The notes beneath the pieces were generated by a model. The model had not been told where the DNA came from and did not search any database. It was given only the letters and a program-made list of their open reading frames with translations. Of a stretch of 64,000 nt of DNA, positions 1 to 9,808 are shown piece after piece. Positions within the stretch are counted from its first letter, which is position 1; every line of letters begins with the position of its first letter. A program made the position numbers and the translations under genes. The DNA comes from Heterodontus francisci (lineage: Eukaryota). The stretch lies in the NCBI RefSeq assembly GCF_036365525.1, contig NC_090378.1, positions 121,505,593-121,569,592 on the forward strand, in the 5' to 3' direction.

Positions 1-470
1 CGTCCCGCAAGGAACTCCGTTCTGGCTCTTTTCAGGTGCAACCCGTCCGGCATGTACAGGTCCCATCTTCCCCCAGAGCCGGTCCCAATGTCCCAGGAAT
101 CTAAAACCCTCCCTCATGCACCATCTTTCCAGCTATGCATTCATCTGTTTTATCCTTCTATTCTGTACTCACTTATGCATGGCACTGGGAATAATCCGGA
201 GATTATTACTTTTGAGGTCCTGCTTTCTAATTTCTTATCTTGCTCCCTAAATTCTGACTGCAGGACCACATCCCTTTTTCTACCTATGTCGTTGGTTCCA
301 ATGTGGAGCATGACGGCTGGCTGTTCCCCCTCCCCCTTCAGGATGCTCTGCAGCCGCTCAGTGACATCCTTGACCTTGGCACAAGGGAGGCAACAACCCA
401 TCCTGGATTCACGTCTGCGGCTCCAGAAACGTCTGTCTGTTCCCCTGTCTATTGAATCACCTATCACTAT
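1..470 (-). mobile_element. CR1 LINE ORF1 fragment (SGNH/GDSL esterase domain), degraded
   Basis: ORF 150..467 reads IGDS..RGTDRRF..CCLP.AKVKDV..HIGTNDIG; towards base 1 it continues as ..GFRFLGHWD..DLYMPDGLHL, the esterase motifs typical of fish/shark CR1 ORF1. Confidence 0.8.
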
Positions 471-474
471 GGGC

Positions 475-760
475 AGCCTGCATATAAAGAAAAGCCATGT
501 TTGCCATATGAAATGTCATAAAGTGATTGGGTTCTTCAAGAAATGGCTTCGTTGCCTGGACCACTTTGGAGGAGCCCTCGTTGTAGCATGTGTCACGATT
601 AGTCATGGTCTGCTGTATCCTGTACAACCTCAACATCATGAGAGCACAACCCTTTCCACCAGGGATCAGGCTGAGGAGGAGGAAGGCAGGAAGCAAACAC
701 ATCCTCTTTCCAGCCAGGCTGTCTGTTATCACCTCATGGACTGAGGTACCAGTGAGCATA
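475..760 (+). mobile_element. PIF/Harbinger transposase C-terminal fragment, frameshifted
   Basis: Translations give ..IGFFKKWLRCLDHFGGAL.. then ..SRLVMVCCILYNLNIMRAQP.. and an acidic EEEE run. This resembles the Harbinger/HARBI1 nuclease end (IG.LK.RFRCLD.SGGAL..V..CC.LHN). Confidence 0.7.
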
Positions 761-1159
761 ACCCCAATTCCCCATTCACCAACACTCCCACACCTTAGTG
801 ACCATCTGTGTCCTCTTGGAAGCAATGAGGAAATAAAAGCCACCACAGAACCATTGCAAATTGACCTTATCAAGCAAAACATCTAATATCCCAAACAAAA
901 GTCAAGTGAGCACCCTTGTGCATTCCCTTGGTGCCTGTATTGCAGGTGCTTAGCCTGTCCTAGTGCTCCGACGCACTTCTCCCAATGTGGCTGCAGCCTT
1001 GACTGGGGGAGACTGCAGATGGCCTTGGAGGACACTCTCGAGTATCTGAATCTAGAAGGCCCAGTTTCACACTGCACTATCTCAGTATGGGAAGTGGCAA
1101 TCTGGGCTGGCTGATGGACAGGCAACAACAAGGGCACTGGTGGAGTGTCAATGGTGAAA

Positions 1160-1435
1160 AGACATACATACGTACAAAGGAACATACATGAAATTAGGAG
1201 CAGAAGTAGGTCATTTGATAAGATCATGGCTGATTGTGGCCACATCTCTGCTTTCCTGTCTGCCCTTCATAACACTTGCCTCTTTTGTCTGTCAAAAATC
1301 CATCCAACTTTATCCTGAATATATTCAATGACCCTGCCTGAACTGCTCTCTGAAGAAGTGAATTCCACGGATTAACAACCCTCAGAGAAAAAAATTCACC
1401 TCACCCCCATCTTAAATGGGAGACCCCTTATATTT
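1160..1435 (-). mobile_element. Degraded CR1 LINE 3' end
   Basis: Plus strand reads like an antisense CR1 3' UTR/ORF2 end (..gaaattaggagcagaagtaggtcatt..gatcatggctgat..gaattccacggattaacaaccctcagagaaaaaaattc). Confidence 0.55.
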
Positions 1436-1566
1436 TTAGCAGTTTGAGTATCTGAAGCCATGATAGGTGCTATATAAACATGGATTCTTCTTCAATAAAA
1501 CCTGGGGCTGAAACAAACAAAGTTAAAAAAGGGCCGTTATTGGAAATTGCATGACCCATGAACCAT

Positions 1567-2250
1567 TTCAGCCTCCTGAATTCCCCAGCATCATAGATGC
1601 CAGTCTTTAACCAATTTGATTCACTCCACGGGATATCAAGAAATGGCTGCAGGCACTGGATACTGCAAAGGCTTTGAACTTGCCGCGCCCCTAGCCAAAC
1701 TTTTCCAGTATGACTACAACACTGGCATATGCCTGGCAATGTGGAAAATTGCCCAGGTCTGTCCTGTACACAAAACACAGGACGAGGAACCTGGCCAATT
1801 ACCATCTCATCAGTCAAATGACGGAACGTGTCGTCGACAGTGCTATCAAGCGGCACTTGCTTAGCAGTAACCTGCTCAGTGATGCTCAGTTTGGGTTCCG
1901 CCAGGGCCACTCGGCTCCAGACCTCAATACAGCCTTGGTTCAAACATGGACAAAGAGCTGAACTCAAGAAGTGAGGTGAGAGTGACTGCCCTTGACATCA
2001 AGGCAGCATTTGACCAAGCATGGCATCAAGGAGCTCTAACAAAGCTGAAGTCAATGGGAATCGGGGGGGAAAGCTCTCGGCTGGTTGGAGTCATACCTAG
2101 CATGAAAGAAGATGGTTATTGGATGATCATCTCATCTCAGCTCCATAACAAAACTGCAGGAGTTCCTCAGGATAGTGTTCCAGGCCCAACCATCTTCAGC
2201 TGCTTCATCAATGACCTTTCTTCCATCATAAGGTCAGAAGTGGGGATGTT
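1567..2250 (+). mobile_element. Older CR1-group LINE ORF2 (RT), segment 1 of 3, pseudogenised
   Basis: Frameshifted RT motifs: LAAPLAKLFQ..WKIAQVCPVHK, QFGFRQGHSAPD, ALDIKAAFD, GVPQDSVPGPTIFSCFINDL..VGMF. Breaks just before the catalytic DD. Confidence 0.85.
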
Positions 2251-2573
2251 TATTTTATTTAATTTATTTTATTTAGAGATACAGCACTGAAACAGGCCCT
2301 TCGGCCCACTGAGTCTGTGCCGACCAACAACCACCCATTTATACTAACCCTACAGTAATCCCATATTCCCTATCACCTCCCTACACTAGGGGCAATTTAC
2401 AATGGCCAATTTACCTATCACCTGCAAGTCTTTGGATGTGGGAGGAAACCGGAGCACCCGGCGAAAACCCACGCAGACACAGGGAGAACTTGCAAACTCC
2501 GCACAGGCAGTACCCAGAATCGAACCCGGGTCCCTGGAGCTGTGAGGCTGCGGTGCTAACCACTGGGCCGCCC
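2251..2573 (-). mobile_element. tRNA-derived V-SINE (HE1-like) with TAAAA-type tail
   Basis: Minus strand has a tRNA-like head with B-box GGTTCGATTC, the V-domain core (GGAGTTTGCAAGTTCTCCCTGTGTCTGCGTGGGTTTTC..GGTGCTCCGGTTTCCTCCCACA) and a CR1-like 3' end (GGGCCGAAGGGCCTGTTTCAGTGCTGTA). Confidence 0.9.
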
Positions 2574-2599
2574 ATATATAGAACTGTATAGAATTTCAG

Positions 2600-2825
2600 A
2601 GTGGCTTTTTTCTGCCAATTCAGAGAAATCCAGCACATGGAATTCATTCTACACCACAACTAATTAGGTTTTGGAATGCCATGCCTAATAGGGTGGTGGA
2701 TACAGATTCAATAGTAGCCTTCAAAAGGGAATTTGACAAATATTTGGAGAAGAAAATTGCAGAGATATGGGGAAAGAACAAGGGACTAACTCGATTGTTG
2801 TTTGAAAGAGATGGCGCAGACTCAT
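2600..2825 (+). mobile_element. Degraded CR1 ORF2 C-terminus / 3' UTR fragment
   Basis: WNAMPNRVVDTDSIVAFKREFDKYL resembles the CR1 terminal motif seen in the younger copy (WNLLPGEVVEADTIATFKRHLDKYM). Confidence 0.7.
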
Positions 2826-2831
2826 TTTCAT

Positions 2832-3292
2832 GGATGATTGCACAGTGTTTAGTACCATTCGCGTCTCCTCAGATACTGAAGCATCCCGTGTCCATTTGCA
2901 GCAAGACCTGGACAACATCCAGGCTTGGACTGATGTTTGGTGCCAATGTTACTTGCCATTTAAGTGCCAGGCAATGACCATCTCCAACAAGATAGAATTC
3001 AACCATCTCCCTTTGGTGTTCAATGACATTGCCATCACTGAATCTCCCACTATTGACATCCTGGGGTTACCATTGACAAAAAACTGGATCAGCCACATAA
3101 ATACTGCGGCTACAAGAGCAGATCAGAGGCAGGGAGTTCTGCAGCGAGTAACTGACCTGTCCCCCAATGCCTGCCCACCAACTACAAGGCAGAAGTCAGG
3201 AGTGTGATGCAAAACATTCCACTTGCCTGGATGGGAGCAGCTCCAACAACACTCAAGAAGCTCGACACCATCCAGGACAAAGCAACCCACAT
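2832..3292 (+). mobile_element. Older CR1-group LINE ORF2, segment 2 of 3
   Basis: Resumes at DDCTVF..LQQDLDNIQAW..KCQAMTIS..LAWMGAAPTTLKKLDTIQDKA, directly continuing segment 1. Confidence 0.85.
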
Positions 3293-5210
3293 GAGGAATA
3301 TAAAGACAGTAGGAAGGAACTTAAACAAGGAGTTAGGAGGGCTAAAAGGGGTCATGAAAAGTCATTGGCAAACAGGATTAAGGAAAATCCCAAGGCTTTT
3401 TAATACACATATAAAGAGTAAGAGGGTAACCAGGGAAAGGGTTGGCCCACTCAAGGACAGAGATGGGAATCTATGTGTGGAGCCAGAGGAAATGGGCGAG
3501 GTGCTAAATGAGTACTTTGCATCAGTATTCACCAAAGAGAAGGACTTGGTGGATGATGAGCCGAGGGAAGGGAGTGCAGATAGTCTCAGTCATCTCATTA
3601 TCAAAAAGGAGGTGGTGTTGGGTGTCTTGCAAAGCATTAAGGTAGATAAGACCCCAGGGCCTAATGGGATCTACCCTAGAATACTGAGGGAGGCAAGGGA
3701 AGAAATTGCTGGGGCCTTGACAGAAATCTTTGCATGCTCATTGGCGACAGGTGAGGTCCCAGAGGACTGGAGAATAGCCAATGTTGTGCCTTTGTTTAAG
3801 AAGGGTGGCAAGGATAATCCAGGAAATTATAGGCCGGTGAGCCTTACATCAGTGGTAGGGAAATTATTAGAGAGGATTATTTGGGACAGGATTTACTCCC
3901 ATTTGGAAACAAACGAACTTATTAGCGAGAGACAGCATGGTTTTCTGAAAGGGAGATCGTGTCTTACGAATTTGATTGAGTTTTTTGAGGAAGTGACGAA
4001 AATGATTGATGAAGGAAGGGCAGTGGATGTTATCTATATGGACTTTAGTAAAGCCTTTGACAAGGTCCCGCATGGCAGACTGGTACAAAAGGTGAAGTCA
4101 CACAGGATCAGAGGTGAGCTGGCAAGATGGATACAGAACTGGCTCGGTCTTGGAAGACAGAGGGTAGTAGTGGAAGGGTGCTTTTCTGAATGGAGGGATG
4201 TGACTAGTGGTGTTCCGCAGGGATCATTGCTGGGACCTTTGCTGTTTGTAGTATTTTTAAATGATTTGGAGGAAAATGTAGCTGGTCTGATTAGTAAGCT
4301 TGCGGACGACACAAAGGTTGGTGGAGTTGCGGATAGTGATGAGGATTGTCAGAGGATACAGCAGGATATAGATCGGTTGGAGACTTGGGCAGAGAAATGG
4401 CAGATGGAGTTTAATCCGGACAAATGTGAGGTAATGCATTTTGGAAGGTCTAATGCAGGTGGGAGGTATACAGTAAATGGCAGAACCCTTAGGAGTATTG
4501 ACAGGCAGAGAGATCTGGGCGCACAGGTCCACAGGTCACTGAAAGTGGCAACGCAGGTGGATGAGGTAGTCAAGAAGGCATACGGCATGCTTGCCTTCAT
4601 CGGTCGGGGCACAGAGTATAAAAATTGGCAAGCCATGTTGCAGCTGTACAGAACCTTAGTTAGGCCACACTTAGAATATAGTGTGCAATTTTGGTCGCCA
4701 CACTACCAGAAGAACGTGGAGACTTTGGAGAGGGCACAGAGGACGTTTACCAGGATGTTGCCTGGTCTGGAGGGCATTAGCTATGAGGAGAGGTTGCATA
4801 AACTCAGATTGTTTTCACTGGAACAACGGAGGTGGAGGGGAGACATGATAGAGGTTTACAAAGTTATGAGCAGCATGGACAGAGTGGATAGTCAGAAGCT
4901 TTTTCCCAGGGTGGAAGAGTCAGTTACTAGGGGACATAGGTTAAAGGTGCGAGGGGCAAAGTTTAGAGTGGTTGTGCGAGGCAACCTTTTTACACAGAGG
5001 GTGGTGAGTGCCTGGAACTTGCTGCCAGGGGAGGTGGTGGAAGCAGATACGATAGCGACGTTTAAGAGACATCTTGACAAATATATGAATAGGAAGGGAA
5101 TAGAGGGATATGGGCCCCGAAATGCAGGTGTTAGTTTCGGCAGGCATCAAGATCAGCGCAGGCTTGGAGGGCCGAATGGCCTGTTCCTGTGCTGCACTGT
5201 TCTTTATTCT
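3293..5210 (+). mobile_element. Younger 5'-truncated CR1 LINE (ORF2 RT region to 3' UTR), nested in the older LINE
   Basis: Open RT motifs: KTPGPNGI, NYRPVSLTS, QHGF..RSC, YMDFSKAFD, GVPQGSLLGP, LADDTK, RPHLEY, RGDMIEVYK. The 3' UTR is GGGCCGAATGGCCTGTTCCTGTGCTG with a short TTCTTTATTCT tail. No endonuclease domain; one frameshift near 3402. Confidence 0.95.
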
Positions 5211-5630
5211 TTGACTGGCACCGCATCCACCACCTTCAACATTCACTCCCTTTACCACTGATGCACAGTATCAGCAGTGTGTACCATCTACAAGATGCAC
5301 TGCAGCAACTCACCAAGGCTCCTTTGACAGCTTCCAAACCTGCAATCTAGAAAGACAAAGGTAGCAGATGCATGGGAACACCACCACCTGCAAATTCCTC
5401 TCCAAGATACACACCATCCTGACGTGGAGCTATATCACCGTTCCTTCACTGTCACTGGGTCAAAATCCTGGAACTCCCTTCCAAACAGCACTGTTTGTAT
5501 CTACACCCCAAGGACTGTAGCATTTCAAGAAGGCAGCTCACCACCACCTTTCCAAGGGCACTTAGGGATGGGCAATAAATGCTGGCCTAGCCAACGATGC
5601 CCACATCCCATGATCGCATAAAAAAACAAA
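5211..5630 (+). mobile_element. Older CR1-group LINE, segment 3 of 3 (ORF2 end and 3' terminus)
   Basis: Continues LTGTASTTFNIHSLYH..VCTIYKMHC..SFTVTGSKSWNSLPNS; AATAAA near 5574 and an A-rich tail near 5620-5630. Confidence 0.8.
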
Positions 5631-5714
5631 TGGAAATGTCCTTCGAACATCCACTCTTAATGGGTGCTGGAAGTTGCCAAGTTGGAACCGCCTCCTCCAT
5701 GTTCCTTGACAGTG

Positions 5715-6034
5715 ACCGCTACCCAACCTGAACCCACCCAACCCGAGACATATCGGGGTTGGCTTTGGTCGCTGTTCTGAATCCGGCATTCGGGCTTGGG
5801 CTGGGTCGGACACAGTGACAGCCAGGACGCCAAGGCGGGAAACGTGCATTTACACTGGTCTGCAGTGAGCGATTTCATCCAAGGTAGAGCACAACCTCTT
5901 TAATATAAACAACTTTATTCCAGTGGTCGGGTCGGATGTGGGAAAAAATCGAAGGACTCCGGTCGGGCTCAGGTCAGATGTAGTTCTGTTTGGCTCGAAT
6001 CGGGTTTCATTTGCAGACACAAGCAGGCCTTTAG
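5715..6034. mobile_element. Possible decayed non-autonomous hAT-type DNA transposon end
   Basis: Clustered CCCGA/TCGGG-type pentamers in both orientations, ending in GCAGGCCTTTAG, a pattern like hAT subterminal repeats plus TIR. No partner TIR identified. Confidence 0.35.
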
Positions 6035-6593
6035 CGACCGCGGGCTTTCTGACGGGACTGAAAATGCTCCAAGTATTTCATTGTGCTGAACCAACAGCCT
6101 TTGTCTGTACTCTGCCCCATCAAAGTCCTCATCTGAGTCCTCTGCAGCAGAACTCGTATGTGACCTCGCCCGACAGCGCATTGGTACCTGTGCTATCCTT
6201 TCCCTTGTGGCTGGTGTCTCACCACATGCACATCTCACCTCTGATCAATATCTGAGTTAGTGGCTGCGAATGTGATATTGAGTGACAATATTTCATTGTC
6301 ATCAGTTTCCTGCTGCTCTTGGACTTGACGCGCCCATAACATTGTCTGGCCAGGTGACAATTCTTGGATTGCTGAAAGGAGAAAGGCAGAAGGGTAGGAG
6401 ATTGAGAAGGAAAGCAAGTGGTGCATATTTACCCTATCTGTGGCTTGTAAATCAGAAGAGATTGTGGGATGAGGGGGAAGTGGGATGTCAGAAGGTGGAT
6501 TAAGTGGGAACATCTGCTATTATTTCAGCCCCATCTCTGGCCATGATATTAGTTACGGCTACTCCAATAATTGCAAGCACTGTCTCCTCTGTC

Positions 6594-6850
6594 AAGGTGA
6601 GGACACAAGAGACTGTTAGCAAAATGGAAGCATATGGAATGTGAGGAAATGTTTTGATATGGGTAAGGAATTGGTTAGGAGGTAGGAGACAGAGAGTAGG
6701 GATAATGTGTATTTACTCCAGTTAGCAAGATGTGAATAGTGGTGTCCCCAGGGATCTGTGCTGGAGCCTCAACTTTTCACTGTATTGATCAATGACTTGG
6801 ATGAAGGAATAGAGAGCAATCTATCCATGGTTGCTGATGACACCAAGTTC
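6594..6850 (+). mobile_element. Degraded CR1 RT fragment
   Basis: Reads [53 protein letters not shown] with stops and frameshifts. Confidence 0.8.
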
Positions 6851-6854
6851 AGCA

Positions 6855-7205
6855 GCTTGGAGGAGGTTACAGAGATAGGGAGGGTCGAGGCCGGGGAGTG
6901 ATTTGAGAACAAGGATGTGAATTTTCAAATGGAGAAGTTGCCGGACAGGGAGTCAATGTAGGTCATTGAGCACAGTGGGTGCTGTGTGAATGGGACATGG
7001 TCAGGGTTAGGACACAGGCAGCAGAATTTTGGATGAGCTCTGGTTTACAGAGGGTGTGTGTTTGATACTGACCAGGAGAGCATTGGAACAGTCAAATCTA
7101 GAGGTAAAAAGGCATGGATGAGGGTTTCAGCAGATGATCTGAGTCAGGGTGGACTCAGGCATGGTTACAGAGATGGAAATAGTTGGTCTTAGTAATGGAG
7201 TGGAT
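6855..7205 (-). mobile_element. Degraded L2-type LINE ORF2 fragment
   Basis: Minus strand approximates SITKT.YFHL.N..AETLIHAF.TSR.D.SNALL, the L2 ORF2 C-terminal motif. Confidence 0.65.
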
Positions 7206-7539
7206 TATGTTGGAGAGATCGAGAGAAACTCTTTCCTCTGGTGGGGGAGTCAAGAGTATTCAGAGAATTCACCAAACAATCAGCTTTGATCTTCCCAATG
7301 TGTTTCCCAGTGAGACTGGGTCCTCAGTGCTGACTGCTCTTAGCTGCTGTTATTTTCACTGATTGGACGGTTATTATTAGAGACTCAGACCACAGCAGAA
7401 ATCCCCAATGTAAAAAATAACTGCAAAGACTGTCAGTTCGGAAGATTGAAACTTAACCAACAGAGGAAGTGAAAGGAGGAGCTCGGAGCAGCTGGACGTT
7501 TGTTAATGACACGGGAGAAAACTGTGAACCGCACACGCT

Positions 7540-7680
7540 ACCTAGAATCTTACAGCACAGAAGGAGGCCATTCAGCCCATCCTGCCTGTGAGCTACCCAA
7601 TTACTCCCACTGCCCCTCTCTGGCCCCACAACACAGCAAATTTTTCCTTTTGGGAGATCTACAATTCCCTCTTGCAGACC
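7540..7680 (-). mobile_element. Short CR1-type 3' end fragment
   Basis: tagaatcttacagcacagaaggaggccattcagcccatc is the antisense of a CR1 3' terminus. Confidence 0.5.
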
Positions 7681-7974
7681 TGGGCCCACACCACGAGACT
7701 GCCCCTAACATGGGCTCGAAATTGGTACCGCATTCATTCATTGGAAGACAAAATGCCTGTTGTGGGAAATGGAGCTCAGGACTCTGAACATTCCCTCTCC
7801 CCTTCTGAGGGACACTTCATGCTGGGGTAACAGTTCCATGGGCCCCGACAGCACATTCCTACCTCACTTACTTCCCCATTCTGTGTGTACAAGCGTGGAC
7901 CCCGTCAACAGGATATTTAACTACAGGGACCATCACCACTGCATCCAATTCTGTCCCCACCTGAAATCCACACA

Positions 7975-8605
7975 CAACGTGCATTTATAGAGCAGTGTTA
8001 ATATACAAACAGTCACAAGATGCTTCACAGAGCTGCAGTAGGAGGAACGGGGAGGGGGTGAGGGGTCTTTCAGAAGAGTGATCAAAGACTTGGGTGAAAG
8101 GATGGAGTTTGATGGAGCAGAGAGAGACCTGAAGAGGGGGAGGGATTAATGGCAGGGTGTTCAGAGAGCAGGGCTGAGGCATCTGAAGACTCTGCTGTCA
8201 ATGCTGGGATGAAGGAAGCAGCGATGGGCAGGAGAGCAGACTCAGAAGATGGAAGAGCGAGGGAGGGAATGTGAGTATGCAACAGGAGGCAGAGGTAGGG
8301 AGTAGTGAGGCTATGGAGGGAAACAGAGGTCATTGAGATCATGAGTAACAGGGTCAGTGAGGTCAGGGATAGTGATGGTGTGAGACAGGGTATGGACGAC
8401 TGCATTTCAGACATGTTGGAGTTTATGGAGCGTGGATGAAGGAAGCCGCAAGAGGACATAAGAATAAACCTGTCAGGAGGCGAGACAAGCAGGGATAAGA
8501 GTTTGTGTGGTCAAGGGACTGATGTAGTGTAGAGACGGGCAATGTTGTGCGGATAGAAAAAAAGAGGTCGACATGATGGAAAGGATGTGGGGTTTGAAGC
8601 TCAAC
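7975..8605 (-). mobile_element. Highly degraded L2-type LINE 3' portion
   Basis: Purine-rich plus strand; minus strand has remnants such as LSFKPHI.SI..HNIARL and an L2-like terminus (gcatttatagagc on plus). Confidence 0.45.
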
Positions 8606-8630
8606 TACTGGAGGCCCAATGCGAAGGAGA

Positions 8631-8927
8631 CCCATGTTTATTGGTCCCTATTCAAGGGCCCAGTGGGAAGCAGGCCTATGTTTACTGGTCCCTATTGGAT
8701 GTCCAGTGGGGAGGAGGCCCATGTTTACTGGTCCCTATTGGAGCCCCCGGTGGGAAGGAGGACCATGTTCACTAATCTCTATTGGAGGGTCCATTGGGAA
8801 GGTGGCCCATGTTTATTGGTCCCTATTGGAGGTCAAGTGGGGAGGAGGCCCATGTTTACCCGTCCCTATTGGTGGTCCAGTGGGGAGGTGGCCCAAGTTT
8901 ACTGGTCCCTATTGGAGGGCCCAGATG
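8631..8927. repeat. Minisatellite, ~43-44 bp unit, ~7 diverged copies
   Basis: Unit approximately CCCATGTTTACTGGTCCCTATTGGAGGGCCCAGTGGGAAGGAGG, repeated head to tail. Confidence 0.9.
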
Positions 8928-8944
8928 GAAGGAACAACAGCACA

Positions 8945-9085
8945 GAGTGTGGGGAGAGAGGGACAGAGTGAGTGAGAGGGAGACTGCGCAAGAGGGAAAG
9001 GAATGGGGATAGAAGGAGAGAGAAGAAAGGAAGGGGGCTGAGAAAGAGAGAGAGAGAGGGAGCTAATGAGGGAAACAGAAAAAGA
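8945..9085. repeat. GA-rich low-complexity tract
   Basis: Near-pure purine runs (GAGAGA, GAAAG). Confidence 0.8.
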
Positions 9086-9087
9086 GA

Positions 9088-9186
9088 AGAGGAAGTGAGA
9101 GTTGCTGACGTGCCTTTCTCTGGGTGATACCATTTACATACTGAGAAACAGGCAGTCAGACTCTCACAGGCTGCAGCTTTATAAAG
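9088..9186 (+). promoter_or_regulatory. Ig light-chain V promoter: Ets/PU.1-like AGAGGAAGTG (9088-9097), CRE-like TGACGT (9106-9111), variant octamer ATTTACAT (9132-9139), TATA TTTATAAA (9178-9185)
   Basis: Octamer-like motif in light-chain orientation (7/8 to ATTTGCAT), ~40 bp above a TATA box that lies ~60 bp before the leader ATG. Confidence 0.7.
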
Positions 9187-9245
9187 CAGAGCCCAGTGAA
9201 GGGAGAGTTTATCAGTAACCAGGCACAGAGACAGGAGCAGGCACC

Positions 9246-9294
9246 ATGATTTCACCCATCCAGCTGATCTGGCCTCTGGCATTCTGCGTCGCAG
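9246..9294 (+). CDS. IGKV: Ig kappa-type light-chain leader exon (MISPIQLIWPLAFCVA/G)
   Basis: Kozak-like GCACCATG, hydrophobic signal peptide, phase-1 donor CAG/GTACAA at 9295. Intron 9295-9481 ends in a pyrimidine tract and CAG. Confidence 0.92.
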
Positions 9295-9481
9295 GTACAA
9301 ATCTCTCTCCTTCCACGTTTAATATTTTCCTGCTGTTTATTTCAGTCCAATTCTACTGACTTGTGATTTGGAGGGAAAATGCTGAAACAAGAGGAATGGT
9401 CACTGTCTCTAATAATATCTCATTTTACAAGGTCTTTCTGTGACAGTTCTTACTTCACTCTGTTTCTCTATTACCCCTCAG

Positions 9482-9780
9482 GTAGCAGTGGAGACACCAT
9501 CATGACCCAGTCTCCACCGGCACTGTCAGTGAGACTGGGACAGACCGCAACTATCACCTGTATGGCCAGCCAGTCCGTGAGCAAATATGTTTCTTGGTAT
9601 CAGCTGAGAGAAGGTCAGAAACCCACTCTCCTGATCTATGAGGCAGCAACTCGATTCACAGGAACATCCGACCGATTCACCGGCAGTCAACAGAACACCA
9701 AATTCACTCTGACAATCAGTAAAGTACAGAGTGAGGATGTTGCAGATTATTACTGTCAGCAATATAACAGCTGGCCTCTA
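9482..9780 (+). CDS. IGKV: Ig kappa-type (elasmobranch type III / NS4-like) light-chain V exon, unrearranged and open
   Basis: [65 protein letters not shown]. Both Cys and the Trp are conserved, it splices in frame with the leader, and V followed by a 12-RSS is the kappa configuration. Confidence 0.95.
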
Positions 9781-9808
9781 CACAGTGAGACAGAGCCTTA
9801 CAAAAACC
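9781..9808 (+). other. V(D)J recombination signal sequence, 12-bp spacer, perfect consensus
   Basis: CACAGTG (9781-9787) + AGACAGAGCCTT (12 nt) + ACAAAAACC (9800-9808). Confidence 0.98.
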
